Numbered from the stretch's first letter, positions 30,801 through 39,348 are shown. The stretch is 64,000 nucleotides of DNA from Patescibacteria group bacterium (GCA_018818405.1 JAHIRY010000038.1:35449-99448), one strand, 5' to 3'. Notes: generated by a model not told the origin, from the letters alone. Translations and numbers: made by a program.

Positions 30801-33753
30801 AATAATATTCTTTTGATTCTCCGCCTCGCGACAATTCATCCAGATTGGTAAATTCATCGCATCCGGCGCTGGCCGCGCTGCAAGTTTTTGCAGTATTCGG
30901 CATGAAATAAAGCGGAAACTCTCCATTTTCAAAATAAGTTTTCGACTGGTTGAATGTCGCATAGCCAGCGCATTGCTGAGGACAATAATCCGCGAATCCG
31001 GCAACGCCGTTGATAGCGCGTCCGCGATCAGTCGGCGTGAAATTCTGACAGCCGACATCTTCGGCAGAACAAAGTCCGGCAAAATCAGAACAGCCTTTGT
31101 TTTTCTCGGTTTTTACCGCATCATCGGAAACATCAATATCAGCCTCAGTCTTCGGCCTGCCATAATCCGCCTCTTCAATTGTATTGTAGCAACCCAAATA
31201 TTCAGGCGCTTTTTTCACATAAACAACATTCTGGCTGGCATATTCATTGAATTCATGCATTTCGGAAATTGCCGGCAGAGAAAGTTCCTCAACCATTACA
31301 TTGTCCACGATCGCGTCTCCGCCGGCCACAGCCAATTGAAATTGCAACTTGTCAAGTACGATTGGATTCGCTCCGGTCGATACTTTCACTTGCCAAATTT
31401 TATAAATTTTTTCCCAGCTGTCCGTTGCTGTCGCCGCTGTAATATCTTTATTGGCAACAGCTGACATGGCCAATCCATCTGCATCGGGAGCAACCAATTC
31501 GATCACTGCCGACGCATTGGCCTGTTTCTTTTTCACAAACCCGGAAACCGCAAAATATCGGGCTGTTTTCTTTGGCGCGATTTCAATATTCGGAATAATT
31601 AAATTTTCCAAAGCGGCTAATTTAACGGCCGCTCCTCCTTCATAAGACTCGGAAACCACATTTTTCCCGCCCGCCCAGCCGGTGACAATGTTCGTTGATT
31701 GCAATTCATCAATTCTCCCTGAAAAAATTTCAAAATCTCCGTTTACCACCAGATTCGTTCCCAATCCGCTCGCTGTTTTCACAAATCTCGTGCAACCCTC
31801 TTGATTCGGATTGCATTGCGCGTTTTCGATATTTTTATTCAATAAAATTTTTGAAGCATCCGCGTCCACCCAATTCCAAGAATTATCCGCCAATATTTTC
31901 TCAGTGCTGTACCACTTGCAACCCGCGTTCGTCGCGTCGCAAACCGATCGATCGACAGTGTTCATCACCAAATTAACGGATTTTCCCTTCCTCATCTGCA
32001 AAGAACGGCAACTGTCATAAACGCCCGAACATTCATCTCCGCCCAATCGGAAAACATTTTTCTCAGCCGCGCAATATCCCCAGGAAAGACACTTGCCCTT
32101 TGCATCAGTGCGCACACAGCTCGGCATATCAACGCAGACTTCAGCTCGAGTGTTCGAACCCGCGTCAATCAACAATGGTCCGTTAACCAACGCATTGCAT
32201 TGCGTTGCCGGATATTTCAAAATCCAATTCGGATCAATCAACTGCCTGAATTTATAACCCGCGTCATTTGGATTAGTTTGATTGAATTGACTGATTACAT
32301 AATTCAATGAGACAACTTCTTCCGAACCAACCTGACTGGCGGCAAGCTCCCAGCCGATTGGAATTATTCTCGCTGTTCTCAGTTTCACCAAATTGGAATA
32401 ACAAAAACCGTATTGATAGCAATCGGCATTGGAATTTCTCGCATCATACTTTCCGATCAAACGGCGCTTGCCGTCAATCAGTCCCTGATCAATGGCCTCC
32501 TGCACTGACAGCGGCTTGTCCTGAGTTGAACGGCGAACAGCATCGGCAAACGCATTATCCATGACGCAATTGTTTATCTGCCTTGTCCGGGGACAAGAGG
32601 TATATTCAGTCAATAAATCAATTTGCTTGGTGGAATAAGTGAAATTAACCTGCTTTATTTTTATTACGTCTTTTTCCACCTGCTTTTTCGTATCAAACAT
32701 ATTGTCAGCCGGCTGATAACTCTCCGAAGTTTGCACCAATCCCTTTTCAAAAAACTTCTTGCTCATGAAGTCAACAAATCCTTTTGAAATAAAAGTATTA
32801 ACAAAAGCGCCGATTACCGATTCCGGTATATCGGAAATCACATAACTGGCCGGTTCCATTTCAGTATTCTTCGCCTCGGTAATTGCTTGCAGTTCGTTTG
32901 TCATGTGTCCGCGCAAAAGGAAAGAAGGCGTTTTTATAATATCGCCACTCAGACTGGTTATCGCCTTTGCTCCTAAATTTTCCGTTCTTTGCTTTTCTTC
33001 CGCCATGCTTGTAATGCGCTGTTGTCTCTGCAATTCATCTTCCATTGTCAGATACATCCCGATGTCAGAACTTTTGCGATCAAACTTCACTTCAATGATT
33101 CTCTGCAATGCGATAAGAGTACCGGCGGCCGGATTATCAGAAATATTATCAGCTGTTCGTTTAACATCCTCGACAAATGATTCCCAATTATCTAACAAAT
33201 TACTTAAAGAACAATCCGGTTTTACCCTTGTTTTATCTTTTAGATATTGATTATCCAAACCAATAACGATTTTCAATTTTACATCAGCTCCGGGATCGCA
33301 AATATCAAATCCCAAATCATCCCAAAATACATCTCTGACATAGGTAATGAATGTCGCTGCCGTGTAATCCATTATATCCTGCTTGAATTTTTCCCACGAC
33401 TGAGTGTAAAACATCGGTCCCTCGCCCTTGTCGCCGGTAGTGACAAAATTATAATATTGAGACGCCGCTGTTTGCGCCAGAAAAACCATAGTATTGCGCA
33501 AAGTAATGGCTGCGGATAAAATCAATGCTTTCTGCAAACGATTTTCCACATTTTTTTGAGTTTTATCAACCGTTTTCTCAATGTTGCGCTTGACTTCAAA
33601 ACCCATATCCTGCGCATTTTTAGCGGGATCAATGACCGGCAATTCAGCGCGAGCCTCTCGCGGGAACAACATGCCGGCAGCAATGAAATTTGAAAACGCA
33701 AAACAAAACACCAAAATCGCGATTGATATTTTTTTGTTTTTATTTAAAGTCAT
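24832..33753 (-). CDS. giant secreted cysteine-rich surface protein (2973 aa)
   Basis: Signal peptide ending ARA, helical N-terminal region, many Cys-rich modules, a CBM-like segment (NLVVNGDFE) and a PKD-like C-terminus (IDWG...VTDNWGW). Confidence 0.85.
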   Translation of the reverse strand: MTLNKNKKISIAILVFCFAFSNFIAAGMLFPREARAELPVIDPAKNAQDMGFEVKRNIEKTVDKTQKNVENRLQKALILSAAITLRNTMVFLAQTAASQYYNFVTTGDKGEGPMFYTQSWEKFKQDIMDYTAATFITYVRDVFWDDLGFDICDPGADVKLKIVIGLDNQYLKDKTRVKPDCSLSNLLDNWESFVEDVKRTADNISDNPAAGTLIALQRIIEVKFDRKSSDIGMYLTMEDELQRQQRITSMAEEKQRTENLGAKAITSLSGDIIKTPSFLLRGHMTNELQAITEAKNTEMEPASYVISDIPESVIGAFVNTFISKGFVDFMSKKFFEKGLVQTSESYQPADNMFDTKKQVEKDVIKIKQVNFTYSTKQIDLLTEYTSCPRTRQINNCVMDNAFADAVRRSTQDKPLSVQEAIDQGLIDGKRRLIGKYDARNSNADCYQYGFCYSNLVKLRTARIIPIGWELAASQVGSEEVVSLNYVISQFNQTNPNDAGYKFRQLIDPNWILKYPATQCNALVNGPLLIDAGSNTRAEVCVDMPSCVRTDAKGKCLSWGYCAAEKNVFRLGGDECSGVYDSCRSLQMRKGKSVNLVMNTVDRSVCDATNAGCKWYSTEKILADNSWNWVDADASKILLNKNIENAQCNPNQEGCTRFVKTASGLGTNLVVNGDFEIFSGRIDELQSTNIVTGWAGGKNVVSESYEGGAAVKLAALENLIIPNIEIAPKKTARYFAVSGFVKKKQANASAVIELVAPDADGLAMSAVANKDITAATATDSWEKIYKIWQVKVSTGANPIVLDKLQFQLAVAGGDAIVDNVMVEELSLPAISEMHEFNEYASQNVVYVKKAPEYLGCYNTIEEADYGRPKTEADIDVSDDAVKTEKNKGCSDFAGLCSAEDVGCQNFTPTDRGRAINGVAGFADYCPQQCAGYATFNQSKTYFENGEFPLYFMPNTAKTCSAASAGCDEFTNLDELSRGGESKEYYSELRQCQKLPEGEAQCANYYTWVGGGVSGYQLQNYVLKKELGGNAPAMTIAEEENLTRCNAEIFAVKSNPDCREFYDDAGRVSYRLYSKTLTCSENCHPYRRTLQYADQAQCELRQGQWNTGECVFMAIPGEGKKCSAPAAGCREYKGNFSGDEEIVYENNFATGEVTSLQGSPMSLTTQADGQYLMVEEKTEIESVNGIEGLSCVESPRIYTKNALLSAVGDYVVSFWIKGDPTNFNVDVRPVENINTGDRKFLLGDGTVNADWQFHTFNLSVDETYASGVIGIRASQCERTFYIDNFKITKVNDLKYLIKNSWSTPAICDNELTHTPANEADRQIPQAQLGCREYRDSGKNTHYLKNFTNICSADKVGCETMIDTKNSSSPFEQGYKKIPLNVELCSSYMSKWEAVPTNNFFQIPGTAAVVNENLQACTFQVRAKVGGEPPALSQTYENMCGYLDGNWNDGVCYLQEIEKDSLIYLVNTKDKQCKNTEKGCTALGLPTLMVDAEGNYIPSQDKWNNVFYKLDPDTFDSENSPLCANSDLRCEEFKGVKGETYYFKDPGDKTCEYRKAQQGSESIFGWFKKKLNDNDPDVLCETKNYYEDGNSQIIRINDEDFSGWAGICKSSADLCTAFVDPTDKTLSDKGKAYYYVNNEDIDKTSCSDVSRKEGCILMNDTSMLNANGEPDLKWQGYLTYFEGNDKQSAVPPKNASTFDSYALGRVGDCTEDDYCKKVESCVNAEKDYLTCAGEARAEQINTCTDRQIACTFELIASKNDANSIVKVVRDRECAAWYDCKSSHWAWDSNKNKYIEVCDDVGVCDKLSPAEDTLKCAHFIVGEDNNNLLSLNKPLKGTDETDGYQNRNVSWSSLDYTGMAIPDMAPVNFYNSFDLRQGRGVEPDKRCGGVTSGNLCVNDNDCGQQYCFGNPNEGLCSTDADCGSYCGGEREYGRCEAADDCSGGRNCISLGNICRIEAVVSCEEVRGQVYKEKDFRLVNQLTDTSCEQDSDCTDACTVANPSGENCRCLSGICVQTSESERTFQEAAAPECRAYPKDDSPFPAGIAGTDLYVNANISWLDVDFAEINKNEDYGCYYREVQYGGGAITKYVPKTELYSPADPEQGFCQDSPDIQCQCDDFDYPQIDSSPMVKINNKTMCSSIQCSLNSSKPISKGNEPGLCMKKKGTAIDYHGWEGYCLQEDISLPKNNKQEEHPCITWYPTEALAGLQDLQNQYDSAGFWPQDYGFSDGSPYYCLKSSNWEKRQNYNQTEEGYRDCDGGALDACNGETKEVRENCLPAGLASSTAGIECDGNGSACVSGNPNVYTRWTADKLWDRLVGSSNVSAGTINANTDPFGGIGNTASCWTRDCGGEKFERPSCDKNYNIGGANSFEHDGGIFDHDGATDECSLEDEDWFKMTYQCKPINMPADQSAGWYKDAAGNTNAAIGEISKQSCDTAVGVSDENGKNKAFTNEIYKSVQIPDQPKCNPLGALALTGGIGETIYNLFLGAGCNQEENYPEGGIVYQSIDALKKYFAAAKTYYEMKIQNIEEKTCTSIHPEINGLSCTSDSNVCTTAQYPLECNILTLRHCNNQSGANSGNPCFWDTECVNTAPVVGNAGNRVYCTANLPNIERNEANCIWQKADRSILAEHWLFIDSYNFAQQEISAECYVGRTLENNSCPIEKYEHTPFGYVGTVILKEVVATNPPEMKSDPSASCSNIINIPSNADGIGYLNNPNKIWDISNEQKVGVPMIAAAIPSGRSDAKGNVLYGAIPNTMTIRGQTSGDIVSLDGQLAVTMNFYAWANDDQMPIRNVTIDWGERVQGVGVDGKYQNHKPRCQRPANEPLGICNGVSGLACSDDSACYDADDPRCEEGSDPSRCFFTGKCSDQKDDRFGDTTDACMESYFSYNNTYTCNLSDPVLKDCGTAGADPNYCRTTYQGNPACQYIPRVIVTDNWGWCNGTCGGADGCYNEGDFPLCDPLDEHGEPGTSFDGKIIVLP

Positions 33754-33785
33754 TTGATTTTATATTTATGATTTTATTAATGTCG

Positions 33786-33859
33786 CACTTCGACAAGCTC
33801 AGTGTGACAGGGGGGGGGAAGCGCCCCCTCTCACTTGTCAGGCTGAGCCTGCCGAAGCC
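33786..33859. repeat. family B hairpin repeats, inverted pair at the 3' end of GIY-YIG 2
   Basis: CACTTCGACAAGCTCAGTGTGAC (33786-33808) and GTCAGGCTGAGCCTGCCGAAGCC (33837-33859). The second copy supplies the stop codon. Confidence 0.88.
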
Positions 33860-34143
33860 CCGTTCGACAACTCCTTCAATCTTTCAATATTCCCCTCAAT
33901 TAATGCAACTTTCTTTCTGCGGCTCCAACCTTTTATTTGTTTTTCTCTGGCGATCGCGTCATTCACATAATAATGTTCTTCCGCATATACCAATCGAACC
34001 GGCCGCCGCGAATATGTATAACTTTTTTCGCTTATTCCCAAATTATGTTCATCCAGCCTTCGTTCAATATTATTTGTTATTCCCGTATACAAACTCCGAT
34101 CGCTGCATTCAACTATATAAACCGTGTATATCTTTCTAAACAT
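33838..34143 (-). CDS. stand-alone GIY-YIG nuclease (YhbQ/UPF0213-like)
   Basis: YTVYIVECSDRSLYTGITNNIERRLDEHN...YTYSRRPV...AIAREKQIKGWSRRKK. Confidence 0.93.
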   Translation of the reverse strand: MFRKIYTVYIVECSDRSLYTGITNNIERRLDEHNLGISEKSYTYSRRPVRLVYAEEHYYVNDAIAREKQIKGWSRRKKVALIEGNIERLKELSNGASAGSA

Positions 34144-34164
34144 TTGCAATAAACTTTTATGTCG

Positions 34165-34295
34165 CACTTCGGCAGGCTCAGTGTGACATGAATTTAACTG
34201 TCACACTGAGGCTAAAAGCCTGTCCCGAGTCGCATCGAGCGGAAGCGTGCTATCATCGTCATCGCAATAACTGTCACACTGAGCCTGCCGAAGTG
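34165..34295. repeat. family B hairpin repeats upstream of GIY-YIG 2
   Basis: 34165-34187 (-), an interrupted copy from 34200 (+), and GTCACACTGAGCCTGCCGAAGTG at 34273-34295 (+). Confidence 0.88.
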
Positions 34296-34310
34296 CCGCT
34301 TCGCTTAACA

Positions 34311-35162
34311 CTAATCCCCCTGCTTCGCCTGTTCCAACGCGTCCAAATACATCTGCTTCAAAGTCGCATCATCGAATTCCTGCAACATTGATTCCTCTAC
34401 GCCCTGATCCAACAACAACTGTTTTATTTCCGCTACCGACAAATTTTCCGGAGCCGTTGTCGGCGATCCGTTCATTGAATCCTGCAAATCCGGATTATCT
34501 TTCAATGTTTGTTTGTATGCTTCGAGAATTGTCGCGTCATCGATCGCGTCAACTTGTTCTCTGGTAAAATTTCCCGAGCTGACCAAAATCTCGCGCAATT
34601 GCGCCGGCGAAATATTGTCAACATTCACTTCAGCGGTTGAACTTTGTTCCGCTGCCGCTTCACCGGTTGAACTGCGGAAACATTCCTGTCCGAGCGGACA
34701 ATTCGGATCTTCTCCTTTTGAAATTTCATCAAAATCGGAAATTCCATCACTGTCGCTGTCAGCCAAATACGGACTTGTTTCATAGACATACATTTCATCA
34801 AAATCATTTATCTGATCGCTGTCAGTGTCTTTGCCTTTTAAAACCGCCGGATCTTCATCGGCCGGATCAGTTGTTTGTTGTGAATTTGCTTGCGTATCCG
34901 TTGTTTTTCCGCCGATCAATGGAAATGGAATTGAAAGCGCTCTGGTAATTTGAATAAATCCCAGCGCAATTATGCTCAATCCGATAAACCCAATAAAAAT
35001 CAAAGCAACTTTTTGATTGCGTTTCAACGCTTCAGGCAAAATAAAATTTTCTTTATTCCCATCAAGTTTTTCTCCGAGAGAATTGCCTTCCGCGATAATC
35101 TCATTGCCGTTTTCATTATTTAAATCATTCAGCTCATCTTTCTCCGGCTGATTTTCATACAT
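34311..35162 (-). CDS. single-pass membrane protein with bacterial TSP3-like DxDxDG repeats
   Basis: One TM helix. DTDSDQINDFDE...LADSDSDGISDFDE...DPNCP. Repeated helical C-terminus. Confidence 0.8.
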   Translation of the reverse strand: MYENQPEKDELNDLNNENGNEIIAEGNSLGEKLDGNKENFILPEALKRNQKVALIFIGFIGLSIIALGFIQITRALSIPFPLIGGKTTDTQANSQQTTDPADEDPAVLKGKDTDSDQINDFDEMYVYETSPYLADSDSDGISDFDEISKGEDPNCPLGQECFRSSTGEAAAEQSSTAEVNVDNISPAQLREILVSSGNFTREQVDAIDDATILEAYKQTLKDNPDLQDSMNGSPTTAPENLSVAEIKQLLLDQGVEESMLQEFDDATLKQMYLDALEQAKQGD

Positions 35163-35295
35163 AGTCTATTGGTAATTTTTCTATGTTAATTATACCACAA
35201 GAAAGCTCTTTCCCCAAAGGGAAAGTGGATAAAATATTTAAACTCGAAAAATTAAAAAATCTTATTTTTACAAACAAAATTTTTGAATGGCAAAT

Positions 35296-36138
35296 TCACC
35301 ATTTTAAATTCCGCGCCAAGAAAATCCAGTCTTCCACTGACAATTCCTGCGCGCGAACCGTCTCCTTCAAACCCAACTCGTGAAAAACGCTGAGAATCTT
35401 CAAAAGAGGAATATTCAATTTTTCCGCCAGATTGCTCTTTAAAAGTTTTCGCTTCGCGCCAAAACCCGCGCGCGCTATTTCAAAAAGCCGCGTTGAATCA
35501 ATATTATATTTATCGGAACGAATCCGACCGAGTCTGATCACCGCGCTTTCCACTTTCGGTACGGGAAAAAAACAATTGTGGCTGACGGAAAAAAGAATCT
35601 TCGGCTCGCAGGAAAAACGGACAGCCAATGACAGCAAATTCATATCGCCCGCGCGCGCCAAAATCCGCTGAGCCACTTCCTTTTGAATCATGAGAATCAT
35701 TTCTTCCGGCGGATAATCGCATTCCAAAAATCGTCTGATGAAATTGCTCGTAATATTGTAAGGCAAATTGGCGACAATCTTGTACGGTTTTCCGCCAAAC
35801 TCTTTCTTTATCTCAGCCATCGGTATTTTCAAAATATCAATGTTTTTTATTTTTAAATTTTCATATTTCTTTCCCAATTCTTCGGCCAAAACATCTGACA
35901 ATTTTTTGTCTTTTTCCACCGCGAGAACATGGCCGGTCCGCTCCGCCAGCTCAGCTGTCAAAAATCCGAGGCCCGGTCCGACTTCCAGCACATTGACGGT
36001 CTTTTTTAATTCCGCCGAATTGATAATTTTCTTCAATATATTTTTATCAATCAAAAAATTCTGGCTGAAATATTTTTTCGGCATCAATTGATATTTTTCC
36101 AATAATTCGAATATCTCTTGTTTCATTTTGAATAACAA
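35296..36138 (-). CDS. rsmA: 16S rRNA m6,2A dimethyltransferase
   Basis: SQNFLID, LEVGPGLG, VANLPYNITS, MIQKEVA, PVPKVES. Confidence 0.96.
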   Translation of the reverse strand: MLFKMKQEIFELLEKYQLMPKKYFSQNFLIDKNILKKIINSAELKKTVNVLEVGPGLGFLTAELAERTGHVLAVEKDKKLSDVLAEELGKKYENLKIKNIDILKIPMAEIKKEFGGKPYKIVANLPYNITSNFIRRFLECDYPPEEMILMIQKEVAQRILARAGDMNLLSLAVRFSCEPKILFSVSHNCFFPVPKVESAVIRLGRIRSDKYNIDSTRLFEIARAGFGAKRKLLKSNLAEKLNIPLLKILSVFHELGLKETVRAQELSVEDWIFLARNLKW

Positions 36139-36180
36139 AAATTATTTGTAATATTCCGCCGTCATCCGAAACAATCCGTT

Positions 36181-36238
36181 CGGAAATGTGGAATTGTAAG
36201 GGTTCAACATGTTGAACCCTTACAATTCCACATTTCCG
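36181..36238. repeat. perfect 58-bp palindrome
   Basis: CGGAAATGTGGAATTGTAAGGGTTCAACA immediately followed by its reverse complement. Confidence 0.9.
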
Positions 36239-36262
36239 CAATTCCGTTATAATTCAACGTCC

Positions 36263-37357
36263 CTATTTTACGATGCTGCGCAAATACGATTCCATTAGCG
36301 GCATCAATTCTCCATCCAAAACCGCGTCAACATCAGTTGCTTCAAATCCGGTTCGATGATCTTTTACCAATTTGTAAGGATGAATCACATACGATCGCGC
36401 CTGATTTCCCCAGGCGGCTTCCGTGTATTCGCCGCGCAATTTTTGCCGTTCTTCTTCATGCTCGGCTTCAAAATATTTTTGCAATTTTGATTTCAAAACT
36501 TTCATTGCCGTTTCCTTGTTTTGCAATTGCGATCTTTCATTCTGACAGCTGACAACGATTTTTGTCGGCAGATGCGTTATTCTCACCGCCGAATCAGTCT
36601 TGTTCACTCCCTGCCCTCCGTGTCCGCCCGCCCTGAAAGTATCAATCCGCAAATCATTCGGATCGATTTCAATTTCTTTCAATTCTTCCACCATTGGCAA
36701 AACTTCAACCAAGGCAAAAGAAGTATGCCTCATCTTTTCCGCGTCAAAAGGAGAAATGCGCACCAATCGATGAACGCCGTTTTCGCTTTTGAAATAACCG
36801 TAACTGTTTTTTCCCGACACTTCAAACAAAACGCTTTTTATTCCAGCCTCTCCGCCGGATGAGATCGTGATTATTTTCGAATTCCAATTTCGCTTTTCAC
36901 AAAACCGCAAATACATTCTCAAGATCATTTCCGCCCAATCCTGCGCGTCTGTTCCGCCGGCTCCGGCATGAATGGCAACAATGCAATCGCCGCGATCGTA
37001 TTTTCCCTGAAACAACAAATCGATTTCCAGCTCATCAAATCTTTTTTCCAATCGGCCAAGCTGTTCTTCAATTTCTTTTTGCAGATTAACTTCCCTGTCT
37101 TCCTTGTCCATTTGCGCCAATTCTTCCAGATCTTTTATTTCATTTTTCATTTTTTCCCAATTTTCGATTTCCTGCTCAAAATCACTCGCCTCTTGACTCA
37201 CTTGTTTTGCTCGAGACTGATCGCTCCAAAATCCGGGCCGGCTCATTTGTTCTTGCAATTCAATGATTCTCTGTCTTTTTTCATCAATTCGAATAAGTTG
37301 CCAGACTTTTTGCAGGCGGTCTTTCAATTCTCCAATTTTTATTATTGTTTCATTCAC
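36263..37357 (-). CDS. prfB: peptide chain release factor 2
   Basis: GAGGTDAQDW, ISPFD (SPF), GGHGGQGVN. Uninterrupted ORF. Confidence 0.97.
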   Translation of the reverse strand: MNETIIKIGELKDRLQKVWQLIRIDEKRQRIIELQEQMSRPGFWSDQSRAKQVSQEASDFEQEIENWEKMKNEIKDLEELAQMDKEDREVNLQKEIEEQLGRLEKRFDELEIDLLFQGKYDRGDCIVAIHAGAGGTDAQDWAEMILRMYLRFCEKRNWNSKIITISSGGEAGIKSVLFEVSGKNSYGYFKSENGVHRLVRISPFDAEKMRHTSFALVEVLPMVEELKEIEIDPNDLRIDTFRAGGHGGQGVNKTDSAVRITHLPTKIVVSCQNERSQLQNKETAMKVLKSKLQKYFEAEHEEERQKLRGEYTEAAWGNQARSYVIHPYKLVKDHRTGFEATDVDAVLDGELMPLMESYLRSIVK

Positions 37358-37371
37358 AATATTTTTTCGTG

Positions 37372-38598
37372 TTATTGATTATCCTCCCGTTCAGCCAATT
37401 TAACTTTCAATGTTTTTTCCGCGTCTTTGTGAAAAATTTTCAAAGTAATTTCATCGCCCGGTTTGAATTTTGCGATAAAACCGACAAGCGAGTGTTCATG
37501 ATCAATCTTCTCGCCGTTTATTTCCAAAATAATGTCATTTTCCTCGATTCCCGCTTTTTCCGCCGGACTGCCGGGAACAATGGCAACACTGTCATCTCCA
37601 TCGCCGCGAACAATCAGCGCGCCGTATTCATATTTCAAATTTTCGCTTCTTGCCAATTCTTCATTGATTCCCGCATAACGCACACCCAGCCACGGCCGAA
37701 CGATTCTCCCAAAGGTTTTCACGCTTTCAATAACATTCTTCGCCTGATTTATCGGAATGGCAAAGCCGAGTGACTGACCGCCGTTGTTTACCGCCGTATT
37801 GATTCCAATAACCTGACCGGCAATATTCAAAAGAGGACCGCCGGAATTTCCCGGATTTATCGCCGCGTCCGTCTGCAAAGCTTCTTCAATCACCTCTGAA
37901 AAACCTCTGCCATCACCGGCAATGATCCGCCGATTGATTCCGCTTATGACCCCGCGAGTAACGGTATTTCTATATTCATCCAACGCATTGCCAATGGCAA
38001 TGGCTGTTTGTCCGATTTCAATTTTGTCAGAATCGCCAATATCGATCACCGGCAAATCATTGGCGTCAATTTTCAAAATGGCAAGATCGTAAACCGCGTC
38101 GCGGCCAAGAACCTTGGCTTCAAATTTTTTTCCGTCATTGAACACAACCGAATATTCCGCGTCAGGATCTGCCACCACATGTCTATTTGTCACAATCAAT
38201 CCGTCACTGCCGACAACAAAACCCGAACCTCCGCCAATCGCTTGCTTTTCCCCGTCGGCGCTCGGCTGTTGAAAATCATTTCCGAAAAAATCAAACGCAT
38301 CCGGTCCGGTCATATTGAAAACATTATTCACTTCTTTTGTGACAAGAATACTGACAACGGACGGAGAAACTTTTTTCACCACATCAATAGTGGAAGATTC
38401 TTCTGAAACTTCATAAACTTTCTTTTGGCCGGTAATCTGCTGAGTCAGATCATTTTCCAAAAATTTCTGTCCCCAAGAACTTCGCTCCAAATACGGCTTG
38501 ATAAAAAAAGAACCGCAAGCGCCGCCAAAAGCGCCGACAATCAAACTCACGATAACCAACATGGCGAACAATCCGCGAAAATCTTGTTTTGTCTTCAT
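37372..38598 (-). CDS. htrA: HtrA/DegP-family serine protease with PDZ domain
   Basis: TNRHVV, DLAILK, QTDAAINPGNSGGPL, C-terminal PDZ. Confidence 0.93.
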   Translation of the reverse strand: MKTKQDFRGLFAMLVIVSLIVGAFGGACGSFFIKPYLERSSWGQKFLENDLTQQITGQKKVYEVSEESSTIDVVKKVSPSVVSILVTKEVNNVFNMTGPDAFDFFGNDFQQPSADGEKQAIGGGSGFVVGSDGLIVTNRHVVADPDAEYSVVFNDGKKFEAKVLGRDAVYDLAILKIDANDLPVIDIGDSDKIEIGQTAIAIGNALDEYRNTVTRGVISGINRRIIAGDGRGFSEVIEEALQTDAAINPGNSGGPLLNIAGQVIGINTAVNNGGQSLGFAIPINQAKNVIESVKTFGRIVRPWLGVRYAGINEELARSENLKYEYGALIVRGDGDDSVAIVPGSPAEKAGIEENDIILEINGEKIDHEHSLVGFIAKFKPGDEITLKIFHKDAEKTLKVKLAEREDNQ

Positions 38599-38792
38599 AT
38601 TTTTTTGCTCAAGAAACCGCTGATAAATATTTTTTTACACGAATTTTTTTATAAATTCCTTCATTCCGCCCGGCAAAAGAAAAAAAACTCGATTGAAAAA
38701 AATTTTTCAGAAGCTTCCCTACAAGTTAAAAATTTTTATTTGCTCATTATACCAAAAAAAATACTGTTTCAAAACAGTATTTCTTATATTTC

Positions 38793-39062
38793 TCATTGGC
38801 CTAAAAAACCCTTCAAAAAATCACCCGGCACGCTCGAGCCGCCGCCAATATTCCCCATTAATTGTTTGTAGGTTTCAATCGCTTCGCGCAAAATCGGAAC
38901 CGCGTACAAAATGGCCAAAACCACCGGAACAATAATTATGACAAGCTTGATAATGCTGAAAATCTGCGACCACAAAATATACCGCTGAGTCCGAACCATC
39001 ATTTTGTGGATTCCTTTTGAATATTCCAAATTCTGACGCAACAACTTTTTTATTTCCTCCAT
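38793..39062 (-). CDS. small hypothetical membrane protein
   Basis: Coiled-coil-like start and one TM segment. Confidence 0.65.
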   Translation of the reverse strand: MEEIKKLLRQNLEYSKGIHKMMVRTQRYILWSQIFSIIKLVIIIVPVVLAILYAVPILREAIETYKQLMGNIGGGSSVPGDFLKGFLGQ

Positions 39063-39206
39063 ATTATATTTTTATTTCGAATTTCATTTTGAGGTCGCTA
39101 ATTTACCGCCGCAGCGTGCGGGGTTCCGCTCGCAGCGGGACGAATGTCACAAATATTACGAATTATCCTTTGCAACTAAAAAATTTATAATTTATTATTT
39201 TAGTAT

Positions 39207-39344
39207 TTCGAATTTAGAATTTTATTTAATTGAATTCCAGGCGCAAGATTTTGCGCCGGATTAGGCGGGTGCAACCCGCCTCTACAAAAATTGTTACATG
39301 CTTCATGTTATGTGCTCCTTGCTCCCTGCTCCTTTCTCCCTGCC
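39207..39344. repeat. composite repeat with two REP-like hairpins and heptamers
   Basis: Contains both the 13452-type and the 12904-type hairpins, then TGCTCCT/TGCTCCC units. Confidence 0.7.
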
Positions 39345-39348
39345 AACG

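Noticed and set aside
24880-33519. Many plus-strand ORFs opposite the 2973-aa gene
   Set aside because: Antisense shadows with no recognisable motifs.
39100-39150. GC-rich hairpin as tRNA or ncRNA
   Set aside because: No cloverleaf or T-loop consensus; more likely a degenerate repeat.
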